A DNA stretch of 64,000 nucleotides, from NCBI GenBank assembly GCA_964016885.1, contig OZ024740.1:191022001-191086000 (forward strand), in the 5' to 3' direction. The translations under genes and the position numbers were made by a program. Of the stretch, positions 12,616 through 26,667 are shown piece by piece (within the stretch, counting starts at the first letter, position 1; every line of letters starts with the position of its first letter). This stretch comes from Eledone cirrhosa (Eukaryota). A model generated the notes under the pieces. It was given only the letters and a program-made list of their open reading frames with translations. It was not told the origin of the DNA and searched no databases.

Positions 12616-13457
12616 CATTTTCTCTATTAATCGGTCATTAGTTGCTTCGTGATACTTGCCCTCAGATCAGAACCTGATCTCAGGGAATCAATAAAATACA
12701 TAGCATCCCGGCAGTGCAGGTGGTCGTAGAAGTTAGGTCAATGCCTATGAAACCGGGGATACCAAGGCTTTTCATCGATGACGTACAGGGATTTGGAACC
12801 GAACCTGGCCGTCCTATGACAATTGACATGACTACTGATCAGTTCTAATAACGGGTGCAAGGAATGTATGCTTATTGATATTTTCCGTTTCATTTTCAGC
12901 CATATTGGGGCATTGTGTGTTTGCAATATCAGCTACAGTCGATCTTCCATGTTTCAGGATGGGGGGAGGGGGTGTTAAAACAATACCAGTGCGGATGTGT
13001 ATGACTTTGTTTGTGGTATTGATCTTATGATCCTAAAATAACTCTACTCTCTCACTTGATGGGCAAGATTTCAAAAAAGTATGTTCGTAGAACTCATATT
13101 GTATATCTATGCTGTATGTTCTGCACGATTCTCAATGGACTCATTCTCCCTTAAGATCATGCTGGAATTTATAACGCCATTTTACTAATTGCTCACATCC
13201 ACTAGAAATATTTGGCTCTGATTCGTTTGATTTATGGCATACTCTGCAGTGTGAGCAATTTTATTCACCGATTTTAGCATTCATTGAATTGATTCTGAGT
13301 GCCTAGTCTTTTGCGGCAGTAATACTAACCTCATTGCTCTTTTCAACCCAACCTGCAAAATGCTGAAACCAAGTCCTATGGTCAGTAATGTCATTAATGG
13401 CAGCTGAAAATTCATTTTCCCTGTTCTCATGCATGCCTCTTTAAACATGCCCAATCA

Positions 13458-13653
13458 ATTTTTGGCAAAGGGATGTCGATTACATCGAACCCAGTTCGTG
13501 ATGGGTAGTTTATTTTATCGACCCTCGTAACGATGGAAGGCAAAGGTAACATCAGAGGAATTTGCACTCAAAACATAAAATGACGTAATCTATGCTGCAA
13601 AGTTTTACCGATCGTGACAACCGACGCTTTACCGATCGTGACAATTCATTTCC
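13458..13653 (-). mobile_element. Older, diverged copy of the tRNA-SINE
   Basis: Reverse strand CCTTTGCCTTCCATCGTTACGAGGGTCGATAAAATAAACTACC matches the SINE core; short internal duplication at 13605-13643. Confidence 0.7.
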
Positions 13654-13679
13654 CTAATAATAATAATAACAATAATGAT

Positions 13680-14350
13680 ACAAATCATATTAAGGAAAAC
13701 CAAGCTGATATTATTATTAAATATTTAAACATAAGACCTGTTTACTCATTGACATGACTGTACAGTCTGAAAGAAAGGGGTCAGCAAAGGTTTGAGAGAA
13801 ATGTACAAAATATAAAGATCTAGAAATTGCGATAAACTTAATGTGGCACCTTAAAACACTTACACTTCTGGTAGTGATAGGAGCTTTAGGTGTCATAAAT
13901 ACAGCTGTTCAAAAGTTTCTAGAAAACATACCTAGTAAACCTAGTGTATATGAAATCGAAAATATAGTACTAGCAAGTTACCACCTGCATACTGTGTAAT
14001 TTTTGTCTCTGTAATATATGTTAATATAATCCTCTGTTTAATTTTTAGAGCAAATGTTATTAATATTCAATACTATTCAAATATTCTGTATAGAAAATCA
14101 ATTCATATGTTTTATACTCTTTAATACCAGTTTTTAACTGCCCCTACGTCAACCATTTTATAGTTTATCTTTTCATTCTTTTATCAACTTTTGTCATGTG
14201 ACTTGTTAATGGAACGTGAGAACGGCACAGAGGAACGAGAAACGATGGTGTAATAAAAATGAAACGAAACTCTCTAAATCAACGATGAATACTTTAAGTA
14301 TCTGGTTGATATTCGGTACTCATTGCTCATAAAGTAAAATAAAAAAATAA
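13680..14350 (+). mobile_element. Decayed 3' fragment of a Dong/R4 element (RLE domain + 3' UTR)
   Basis: Follows (AAT)n; manual translation gives CLLIDMTV and KYKDLEIAINLMWHLKTLTLLVVIGALGVI. Confidence 0.8.
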
Positions 14351-17300
14351 AATAAAATAAACAAATAAAAAAACACCAGTTCCTCCTACAATGTTGAACA
14401 AATAGAAAATGAAAATGCATATGATGCTATGGCAGATACCAATCATGTCGTCCGTATTTATAGTTAGGACTCTTGAAACATTTGAAATAATATGGATGTA
14501 AAATCCATTTGTGCGTGAAAATCTTAGGAAATGTCTCAATACTCACCGATAAATATATTATAGATTTATTCACTTATCCACTTGAATAATCTAAATTATT
14601 CTGAATGATTTCATATAGATAATTCTTAAATAAATTCTTATGTATTGGATGAGTTATTTAAATAATGCTAGATTTACTTTCGTTTAAGAGAATTCAAATT
14701 TCAGATGCGGATGCATAACGAAATTCAGTTATGACAGCAACTTTCTTTTGAACTCGATAATATACCAAGTTAAAAAAGTACCCCTGTTATAAATATGTAT
14801 AATTCAAATTCGCGATGAGTTTCATTAATCATTATGAAGTTTCCCTTCGTCCTTTCTCTTGTTTTGATTCCAGCCGTCGGCAATCTCATGATTCCAGCCG
14901 TCGTAAATTCTCAATGATGGTGATTACGATCATGATCTACAGCGCAATACATCTTCAAAGTTGTCATTTTGAGCACAGCTTCATTGAGTACAGGTGCCAT
15001 AAGCTCTCGTCTGTCAACATCTCAGCGCATCATTCTTGCATATTTAATTTCAAACATATCTCTCATTGGAGGGGGATGGCCAACGCGCCATATATCATAT
15101 ATTCATATTACCTACCCATGCTAATACAAAGACACAATCACCCATATAATGATCTAAACGTGCATGTGTGTATCACTGTTCTGCTAACTATTGGTTCCAC
15201 GTCCCACTGCATTCAATAGCTAATTATTTAAATCTAATTTGCTGCTGTCTTGAAAGATCTTAACAATATAGATAATGACGTCATACTTTCCAATTATTGT
15301 ATATTTGATTATACTAAGGCAAATTGACTGTTCATATTTAGCATGCTATCACCCATTTAATATTATTTTATTGTAGCAATTAACAGTATGTATATCTTCG
15401 CAATCATATCTATGTTTTACCGTATTTAATATCTAACCATAATATCAGGACCAGCGTTCTCAATCTCATATTTAAAATACATACATTGACAGACTTCACA
15501 GCTACACTTCATTGAAACGGAGTGCTTTCATTACATACATTCCGTACATCACCTTTAAGAAAATAAAAATATTATACTATCGCCACAAAATACAAAATAT
15601 CGCTGAAAATGTCATTGTAATTGATAATATATTTCCAGTACAACTAATGTTTAGATGCGATATATTTTGGGGCAATACAATTTATCAATAAACATAATAA
15701 ACATTATTAACATTTAATAGATTCAAAATTATCATTAGGAAATATATACCTCTGACATTTGATAGTTTATGAATTAACACCTGTACGTTTTTAATGTTTA
15801 CAAATCAATAATAGTCATTTTTTAAAACATATTTGCACCGTTTATACATTATTCGTGTAATATTTACAATGAAAGGACATACGTTCTTCATTTCTATTAC
15901 ACATTTTTTCTATTCATTATGCATTTGCACAAAGTAATTTACTGTAATTATATTTAAGACTTTAATAAATAGTTCATTTTTCTAAGTTTGGATATAATTC
16001 TGCAGAACGACATTGGAATTTTAATGAGATGCTGGTTATTGCTATATAAGACATGTACATATGAACCTTTATTCTAGGTTATGTTGAATATAATGTACAG
16101 AAGGACATGAACTGTATATGTAACACTAGTAATACTTTGCGTGCTGTGAGAATCACTAACGAACGGGTTGATACCATGCTCTAACATGGTGCGTGCGGGA
16201 ATAAGTACTGATTAAGCTACACTTAATATTCCTTACTTAATATTCCTACACTTAATGTCTAGAAAATCTGAGTAAAGAGCAGGTTAATTTGATCAAATTA
16301 ATTATTGCTTAAGAAACTACTAGTATTTCATAATGATATATCTACGTTCAAAAAAATACCTGGGATAACGAAAGAAAGTATCCTGCCAATAAAAGGTTTA
16401 CCGTCACAGAAATTAAACTGGCTGAAATAATGCGTTGTGTAGTATGTACACGAGTGTGTGCGATTGTGTGTGTGCGTGAATATATAAATAGAGCTACAAA
16501 AAATGAAAAACACATCCTAATCCCAGAGGAATACATCAATATAAGTGTAAAGTAACACAAGCCATATTAGAGGCCAAGTGAAAATACCCATCATTGGTTT
16601 CGAAACCATAATATTTATTTCTAAATGATATGTAACATCTACATTCTCAATAAACTACTCTAAGTTAGCGTTTATAGAATAATGGTTAAATGTACGTCCA
16701 TCAACCTTGTCATTCAAAAATGATAAATATTGGCATAATGACATCCTGTTCTTATCACATATTTGACATATCTAATGTTTCCAGGAAATGCTCACCTCAA
16801 TACATGTTTCCTATTAAATACCTATATATATCCAATCTTAATAATGATAAAATGAGTTACAGCTTTTCCATGATTATAATAAATAATACATATCATAAGC
16901 CTACAAATTCGGAGATGCTGATAACACATAAAGAAACGTCATGCCTTCTCCCTAATGGCCATGTAATGCCAAATTGAATATGAACGGTACAACATTCATC
17001 TTCTACAAACAAGTACTACGTATAGTGGTGAATCATTTCGAAGCTATGATGAAAAATCATCCGTATTCATCCTTTTGATGTTAAGAAAAGAGTAAAATGT
17101 AACAGAACTGAGCAAATCCATCTTGAAATTCCAATGCTTGATCTTGTATTCGATACCAATTGAAATATACCTGAACGCGGCTCGCCACAATTATTTTATG
17201 GCCTATACATAGCAGGAAACTTATTCATACATAAGAACCGTAATATATACAACAACTACCTATATATCAGATCAATGTTTTTCACCAAATATCACCACTT

Positions 17301-19863
17301 TGATAAGCATCTAATCAAGTATACAAATTCATATATATACATGCGTATGGAAAGAGATAGAGAGGGAATGGAAGAGTGAGTAAACATCCCTTCTCCTTTT
17401 GCTGTACATTTTCTACAGACTGGTGAGTGAAGGCACGTCCATTAATGTGCCAAATACAAGCAATGTCTCCCGGTCCTGTCTCTAATTCAGTCAAAAATAT
17501 ATATATATATAAGATAATTTCAACTTTACATCATCAACATATCGATACTGCTTGAAATTTAAGTAGCTGATATATTATTAATGGTATTACTGAAAATATA
17601 ATTTTTCTGAGATGATAAACTTACTCTTCAATACTTTTCAAGAAGAAAATCAAATATATCGATTACTAACAGAACAACTACTACCTGAAAACGAACATGT
17701 GCCACATTCCAGATTTGCTTGTTTTAACTCAGGAACAATACTTATATGTTCTGAAGCTATAAATCTAACCAAACATACACATTGAATTCGCATTCATTAT
17801 CGTAGATAATGCAAATGCAATTTATTGCGCACACATTGCATCTATTTTATAATTTTTTCTAGATTAATTCAAGTTTTGATGTTATACGCTTAAAATATGA
17901 TTATTTCTGTTTTTCGCTATAGCATTGTCACTTCTATCACAAATTAAGTTCTATTTAAGGAATATTTTCCCAATCTATTCAAAAGCCTTTGCTTAAATTT
18001 CAAACTAATTGAACTCGAAAATATAATTGTTTTTCTACCAGTTCGTGTTTTGTTCAATAACTTGTATTACAGAAATTAATCTATTAAAATCACAATTGTC
18101 TACTGGGACCTGATAATTAGCATGAGAATTAATACAATTATATATTTTAGCATATGTCCACAAATATCAATAGTTATGTGAGAGTGATTAACACATACTA
18201 ACACAATTATTTCTATAAAAGCCTCAGGAATTCATATTCTACAAAACTAGTTTAAACGTCAGATATACATATAAATTCGAAGATATTTGGGAATAATTAA
18301 TTCTTATATTCAAGTGTTCGCCTTTCTCAACGATAAGACTAGCTGCATATTATTTCTTAAAATATAAATTAATAAAAGCTATTAATTGATATAACACATA
18401 TTTATATAAATTCTTGCATATTTTCATGAATTATTTCTTCACTTTCAAACATTATAACGTCCCACTCATTCATGTTGACCTATAAACGCTGAAATATAAT
18501 TCGATCAATACAAAGCATATCTGTTCACATGAATCCAGTGGATAATGTTCCTCATGAAGCATAGTTCAGGCGTGAGTAGTATATGATATATTGCAAATTT
18601 TGTTTTATTCATTTGAAATATCTTTGCAGATCATATTGATATATACTCATACATAAAATGTTGTATTGGCCCCAAAAGTATTAAATGTGACAATGTGCTT
18701 CACGGAAGGTGCTGGATGCAGTTGCCTATTAGGATTTTATGAGCTGAATTAGATTCCTAATTAGATACATGCAGACAAGTAATTAGATTATCGATGAGAT
18801 ATCAATAACACTAGTAGAGATAAAGTTTGAATACAGTCTAATTCAAATAAATAACTTTTCTTCTTCCAAAGGGACATAATGTAGCATTGATTTCTAACAG
18901 ATTTTCGATGTCTGATGTATCTGCAAGGCTAGAGTTGATAAACTTCTACACAACCAATTGACAGGTGATTCTTGTATCGATGAGGAAGTAAGAGAAGCAA
19001 ATCAACATTCATGGGATTTCAAATCATGAGGCAAATGGATGTAACTAATTACTACATTAGTCATTATCTCATACCCCGGTTTTGAAAGAGCACATTTTCC
19101 GAAAAAAAATATTACTTATGTCTACAAGATGTTGCAAATTTACGAGTCACGAACATAATCCATCAACTGAAACCTACTATATTTCGTCATATTTTGCCTC
19201 GATGACATAGATTTATCCTGGATATTTGAAGAAGTTTTAACCCAATCTAAAGAATGACATTGTTTTCTCGTTAAGCATTTGGATTCCCTGCCACAGTATT
19301 TCTCTATTTCCTGCTTACAGAACCATATGATATCTAATATAACATCAAGTTTATTAATACGTACGAATGGAATTACTAAACGGAACGTATTTTAGTCCAG
19401 TGATGCCAATGGACGCTGTACTCAAAACACACAGCTAGAATGTCCGAGAGAGCGAGTTTTCAGTACTGCTACAGTATCCTGTAACTTCTAACTTCTTCTA
19501 AGGAAACGAGAAACAAAATTCTTCTTCTTCTTCGGGGCGAGAGAAGGAGATTGAATTCAGAACAATATTTGCCAATTAAAATTAGCTGTTATACAATTTC
19601 ATAACCAGCAACTGTACCCCTAAACCACCAAGTCTGTTCAAGACTTTTATACATTTAAAAAAAAATTATATTGCAAATATTAACCTTTGTAAACTTTATG
19701 GATTCAGCTAATTTACAATTACATATTGATTTGCTGAAGTATTTTACATTTTTTAAAATTGGGTTCGGTTATTCTATCAATTATTAAAGACTAAAGTTTA
19801 CTTTCAGGTATATAAATATTTTAAATTTTGTCTGTACAAATAACTAAATCTCTCTCTCTGTCT

Positions 19864-20046
<183 letters not shown>

Positions 20047-20523
20047 GTATAGGATTATCCAAGATGTAGTAATGGTTAATTACTACACTACAAGACAATA
20101 CACTGCTTATCACTATACATGGTAACTCAGTACAATTCCTAGATTACTACTACAAATCCAAAAGTTCACTCACCACACATACTTTATCTGTCCCCTCTCT
20201 ACCTATATCTCTCTCTACATCCATTACACTCTCTCTCTCACCTTTGACCTACCTCCCTCTCAACATCTATGAACCTGCCCTCTGGGGCAATAAATAATTC
20301 CGACCTTAACTATCAACGCATCTCTCCAAGAGTAACCAGTATAATAAAACCCCTACCATAACATTTTGATTAAGATATCTACAAGCCACTCTCTCCTACT
20401 TCTCCAACCCCTGCATATCTTTCCTTCTCTCCCCTACTCTTCCCTACTTTTCTCTCTTCCTGTTCCACTCTTTCTTCCCCAACAACCCCACTTAAGGGTT
20501 TTTACATTGTACATTTACCATTC

Positions 20524-20635
20524 TGCTCTGAGGAAACAGTGGTCACAGCATTGGATATTCGAGTTCTGCAAGTACTTGTGAATTTGCACGTAGCGGAACT
20601 AGGCTGCAGTACCACCGTGGAAACACTTGTAAGCA
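20524..20635 (+). ncRNA. Type I hammerhead ribozyme motif with long helix II (Penelope-LTR-like context)
   Basis: tgct-CTGAGGA-aacagtggt...accaccgtg-GAAA-cacttg-TA-agca; GUA cleavage triplet; AATAAA at 20641, then (TA)n. Confidence 0.7.
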
Positions 20636-20682
20636 CACGGAATAAATTACCTTTTTATGATGTCTACCTGTTATTATTCATT

Positions 20683-20745
<63 letters not shown>

Positions 20746-21968
20746 TCTCGTTTTCTCACACACTCTCTCTCTCTCTCTCTCTCTATTGAAACAGCTAGCG
20801 AGTTTGATACTAGATATAGAATGATATATAGTTTGATACTGTATAGAATGAAGAGTATTGGTACGGCAATACTCATCTTTTTCTATTTCTTAGGGGCTTC
20901 TTAACCCCACTATCAGGCTAGAATTTCTTTAGTTAAAAAGATACGGCGACAGCTACTATTTATAATTTATATATACATATATACATATGTGTGTGTGTGT
21001 GTGTATGTGTGTGTGTGGGTGTGTGTGTGTGCGCGCGCGCGCGTGTGCGTGTGTGTGTGTGTGTGCGTGTGTGTGTGTATAAAGATATATATATATATAG
21101 AGAGAGAGAGACTGACTGGTATGCCTACACAGATTTTCATACATACGCTGTACAAATATGCCAGAATATATATATACATCATCGCCTCCCCCTTTGCTTG
21201 TTAGCCTTAATTTGTTACTGGAAGCTTGTTTCTCTGAAAACACTTCGAAATCTCACAAAAACAATATAGCAACTAGAAGAAAATTAAGATATATACGTAT
21301 CTCAACAGCCAATACACATAACATAGCGAACATCTTTACATAGAAAATCGAAATACAATGGCTAAGCTAAATACGCCTAGTTTTTAATAACGGTTATATT
21401 GAAAATAATTTCACACACACCATATACTCTCATTATCACAATGCATGAACATAATTGATCCTCAAGCTCAAAACTTCTTCGAGTCTACCTACCATACTTC
21501 GGGGTATGACGAAATAGACTAGTAGATTTTTGAAAACTAACATTCTAAACTGAAAGCTTTATAATTTTTGCTGCTTTAAATATATCATTGACTATCTATA
21601 TAATATTCTTCTATAGCAGATTCGTTTATTCGTGATTTGTCACACAGTACGTTTGATATTATTTATTGTCATATTTACCCTACAAACAACTAAAGTAGGG
21701 CAAAAACCTTAAAAGATGGAATAAGTATTTGCCAGTAAATGATAACTTCAACGCCATATCTTCCAGCCAGGTATCTCGTAGCTGGTATCTGGAAAATGGC
21801 GTTTACTTCCTAATATCGGTCGTCCGGAAATAGTTTTTCTGTCTTTTAAAATACTTTACCCTATTTTATAAGGTATATTTACTACATTTCTCGGCTTAAG
21901 CACTTTATTTATATTTATATAATTACATATATATTCATCGACCCAAAAGCCGAGAATTCGGGCTTCGT

Positions 21969-22099
<131 letters not shown>

Positions 22100-22500
22100 C
22101 GTGCACTTATGGGTTATGCAACCATCGCCAAAAAAATCTAGGAACGTAAGGACAACAACAGTAACTACAGTATCAACTGGTCGAGGTTGTCGGCCGCAAA
22201 GACCTACAGTACCGGTATGTTCCACTGTAGGCTATGTGATCTAGAGTTACTGTATCTCCTTAAAAATGTAAAAAAGGCTACTTAACAACAAGTTAGAAAG
22301 ATATGTCTTCAGCAGACACATGATCGCCACTAAATTCGTAAGATTTAAACCTCCGTGAATCGAACACACGTATCCTAGCTCTCAACTTAGGATACCCACT
22401 AAACTGCTTGAAACACCACAGAAATATAATCATTAAGTACATTCTAGCCTTCTTAGTACTATACCACACTAATGTCTGTAAGTACCTCATCAACCCATAA

Positions 22501-22561
<61 letters not shown>

Positions 22562-22672
22562 TTGAAAAAAATGAAAACGAAATTTCATTTCTCACTCTTA
22601 GTATGGCACTTACTTAAATGTAAGTATGTATGTATACGTACATACATATATGTATACAGACGTACAGTAGCA

Positions 22673-22744
<72 letters not shown>

Positions 22745-22919
22745 CATACATATACACATATGCATACAGGTACACATACATATATGCACGCATCAGTTTA
22801 GCCGACGTTTATTATAACGCCTGCTTTGTCGTTTGTTTGTTAACAAATCGAACAGCCTGAATTTATGCCATACGGTGTTAAGGCAACCACGTCACCTTTT
22901 TGTTCAACACTGACACAGG

Positions 22920-22964
22920 AACGATGTACTAGTTTCAAGCTTGTTAGCTATCATCTGCACCGTT
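22920..22964 (-). ncRNA. Hammerhead motif, core mutated (CAGAUGA)
   Basis: Reverse strand aacggtg-CAGATGA-tagctaacaagctt-GAAA-ctag-TA-catcgtt. Confidence 0.75.
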
Positions 22965-23232
22965 TACCCATCTGCCAGATAGTTGAACGTTCGAAAGTAT
23001 ATACTTTCCTTATGAAAATTAACGGCTGAGCAGCCTAATTTGCATATTGAGTGCGTTAAATCGGTCAGGCATACCGAAAACGATAAGTTGAAAAAAATGA
23101 AAACGAAATTTCATTTCTCACTCTTAGTATGGCACTTACTTAAATGTAAGTATGCAAATTAGGCTGCTCAGCCGTTAATTTTCATAAGGAAAGTATATGC
23201 TTTCGAACGTTCAACTATCTGGCAGATGGGTA

Positions 23233-23277
23233 AACGGTGCTGATGATAGCTAACAAGCTTGAAACTAGTACATCGTT
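23233..23277 (+). ncRNA. Type I hammerhead ribozyme, intact core, palindromic helix III
   Basis: aacggtg-CTGATGA-t agct aaca agct t-GAAA-ctag-TA-catcgtt; predicted cut after 23270. Confidence 0.85.
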
Positions 23278-23449
23278 CCTGTGTCAGTGTTGAACAAAAA
23301 GGTGACGTGGTTGCCTTAACACCGTATGGCATAAATTCAGGCTGTTCGATTTGTTGACAAACAAACGAACAAAGCAGGCGTTATAATAAACGTCGGCTAA
23401 ACTGATGCGTGCATATATGTATGTGTACCTGTATGCATATGTGTATATG

Positions 23450-23533
<84 letters not shown>

Positions 23534-23766
23534 TGCTACTGTACGTCTGTATACATATATGTATGTACGTATACATAATACTTACATTTAAGTAAGTGCC
23601 ATAGTAAGAGTGAGAAATGAAATTTCGTTTTCATTTTTTTCAACTTATCGTTTTCGGTATGCCTGACCGATTTAACTCACTCAATATGCAAATTAGGCTG
23701 CTCAGCCGTTAATTTTCATAAGGAAAGTATATACTTTCAAACGTTCAACTATCTGGCAGATGGGTA

Positions 23767-23811
23767 AACGGTGCTGATGATAGCTAACAAGCTTGAAACT
23801 AGTACATCGTT
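23767..23811 (+). ncRNA. Type I hammerhead ribozyme, second tandem copy
   Basis: Identical to 23233-23277; predicted cut after 23804. Confidence 0.85.
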
Positions 23812-24107
23812 CATGTGTCAGTGTTGAACAAAAAGGTGACGTGGTTGCCTTAACACCGTATGGCATAAATTCAGGCTGTTCGATTTGTTGACAAACAAAC
23901 GAACAAAGCAGGCGTTATAATAAACGTCGGCTAAACTAATGCGTGCATATATGTATGTGTACCTGTATGCATATGTGTATATGTATGCATATATATATAT
24001 ATATATATATATATGCATGCTACTGTACGTCTGTATACATATATGTATGTACGTATATATACATACTTACATATATATATATATATATATATATATACTT
24101 ATATATA

Positions 24108-24181
<74 letters not shown>

Positions 24182-24937
24182 TAATAATAAATTTCAAGAC
24201 TGTATACGGGAGTTTTGCGTCTGTGTAAGTATGCAGGTTCGTACGTATGTAGGGTGTGTGTTTATGTGTACTTCATGTTTTGGTTGACTTACGTCTCCGA
24301 ACATACGTGTATTTACATGTATGTATGTGTGTGCGCTTGTTATATACGTATTTATTTATTTATGTACGTTTATATAATTATTTATTTATTTGTATACACG
24401 CATACACACACACAGATATTTATATGTGCGTGGTTTTGTATCCGTATGGTAAGTGTTTTGCGTATGCTTGTGTATGTACGTATTTGTTTGCGTGTATGTA
24501 TTTATATATTTATATTACTTCTGTATTGTATTTATTTACTTTGTTCTTAAATCTGTAGCGGAGATTAATTCGGTCTCCTAGTTAGAATTTTAGTCTACGA
24601 CTTCTGCTATACCATTTACGTAGTTTTGTTTTTGCGTGCTATTGTTCTCCACGGTCCGCATATGACGTATTATCTTCGTTTTTTCGTTCATTGCCAGAGA
24701 ACGTCTCTATGAACTAACTAAGAGAACATTAGTCTACGACCTCTTTTATATCAGAAACGTGGTTCTGTCTTTGCGCGTAATTGTTTTTCACCGCTCCTAT
24801 TAATGACGTATCTCATTCGTTTTTTCCCGTTCTTTGCCAGCGAACGTTTCCAGGAACCAAAGTATCGTCTTCCTGTCTTTCTCCGGTGGCAACGTTTTTT
24901 TAAATATCCACTTCTGCGTTTACAGATTGACTTTGTT

Positions 24938-24988
24938 AGTTTCAGAAGATCCCGTTAAGGGTGAAAGCAGCGATTCTTTGCTTAAACT
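24938..24988 (+). ncRNA. Hammerhead motif, core mutated (CAGAAGA)
   Basis: agttt-CAGAAGA-t ccc gttaa ggg t-GAAA-gca..tgc-TT-aaact; all three helices pair. Confidence 0.65.
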
Positions 24989-25122
24989 TTAATCTGTTAT
25001 TTTAATAAATATATATATATATATATATATTTATTAAAATAACAGATTAAAGTTTTAGTCTTCAATTTTATTATTATTGCTATATATATATATATATTAT
25101 TACTATTATATATTATTATTAT

Positions 25123-25200
<78 letters not shown>

Positions 25201-25224
25201 TTATATATGTATACATATATATAT

Positions 25225-26667
25225 ACTCTTTTACTCTTTTACCCGCTTCAGCCATCCGGCTGAGGCCATGCTGGGGAACCGCCCTTGTTGCTAAACATTT
25301 TATCTCCAGCCTGTATAGGTTTCCACTGGTTTAAGAGGGAGTTTGCTGCTGCTGCTCTTAGGTTTCACTCGTGTCTTCCTGTGGGATCATCCGGGATCCT
25401 GGATAACAAGTTGTCGAGATGTTTCATGAAGACATCCACCTCCACGTCATGCAGATCTCTCAGGTCCCTCGGCAGCCTGTTGAAGAGCTGAGGGCCCTTG
25501 AATCCCAGGCTATTGCAATACCTGCTCCTTATTCTAGATATGGAAGACGGGACCTTTGGCACCACACAGTGACGTCCTGTTCGACGGTTGGTCCAGCTCC
25601 CAATGCCAAAGTTTGTTGCTAGTCCCTCCAGGATTTTCCACATGTAGATCACTGCGTATCTCTCCCGTCTTCGCTCCAAGGAGTAGAGGTTCAGTTCCTT
25701 TAGCCTCTCCCAGTAGCTTGTCTCCCTCATCTTGGCAATCCTCTTGGTGTAGCTTCGCTGGATTGCCTCAAGCTCCGTGGTTAGTTTGACACTATGGGGT
25801 GACCACAACTGGGAGCAGTAGTCCAGGCGGCTTAGGACAAATGTCCTCCATAATGTCAACATGGTGTCTCGAACTCTTGTCCGGAAAGTCCTCAAGATCC
25901 AGCCAGCGAGTCGTCTGCACATTGTCGCCACTTTCATGACGTGTGAAGAAAAAGATGCATCATCGCTCATGTCTATGCCCAGGTCTCGTATCGATTTTGA
26001 CACGGGGATATCGGTCCCTCCTGGTCCCGTGTAGTTGTGTTCCACTATATTTATGTTTGCAGGTTTGTTTAGAGGTTTGTATTGTAGGGCTTGGAATTTG
26101 CCAGCATTAAACTGCATGTTGTTTTCTTCCGCCCATTTGTATATGGCATCCAGATCCTGCTGTAAAAGGGCAGCGTCAGCCGGGTTTTTGATTGCCTGTG
26201 CAACCATAGTGTCATCAGCATAGCTAGTGAGGGTTGTTGTTGTATGTACTACAGAGGGCATGTCTGAGAGAGCCACCAAAATCACTAGTGGTCCCAGGAC
26301 TGTCCCCTGGGGCACCCCGCTTGTTATTGGTGTTTCCTTTGAGAGGGCCCCATTTGCTGCGACTACCTAGCTTCTGTCCCTTAGGAAGCCATGCAGCCAC
26401 TCACCTACTTTTCCAGTTATGCTGAGTCCGTGTAGTTTCGAACATATCATTCAGTGGTCGACCTTGTCAAAGGCCTCCGCAAAGTCAAGATATATCACGT
26501 CCACATGTGAGCTGTCTAGTTGTTGTCTCAGTACCCAGTCGTAGTGATGTAGCAGCAGTGTAAGGCAGCTTCTTCCTGGACAGAGGCCATGTTGCGTGCT
26601 AGTCAGGCGGTCATTTTCCTCGAGGAAAGTGATTAGTTTCTTTCTGACGACTCGCTCCATGACCTTT
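25225..26667 (-). mobile_element. 5'-truncated CR1/L2-group LINE (RT and C-terminus)
   Basis: YLDFAEAFDKVDH, PQGTVLGPL, YADD, LDYCSQLWSP, LYSLERRRERY; 3' tail (TAAAAGAG)2 next to (TA)n. Confidence 0.88.

Larger units (their letters stand above)
22558..24071. mobile_element. Non-coding hammerhead-bearing repeat (retrozyme or non-autonomous Penelope-like): one inverted block plus tandem ~534-bp units, embedded in (TA)n
   Basis: Near-identical unit on - strand (22558-23153) and on + strand (23150-24071); three hammerhead copies; no real ORF. Confidence 0.85.

Noticed and set aside
12640-12960. GC-richer patch, possible transposase fragment
   Set aside because: No recognisable motif in the frames read by eye.
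14350-19840. Possible host exons in the AT-rich unique stretch
   Set aside because: No convincing ORF, domain or splice pattern seen; small exons cannot be excluded without RNA data.
22558-24071. CRISPR-like array
   Set aside because: Eukaryotic context, long units, no repeat-spacer pattern, no cas genes.
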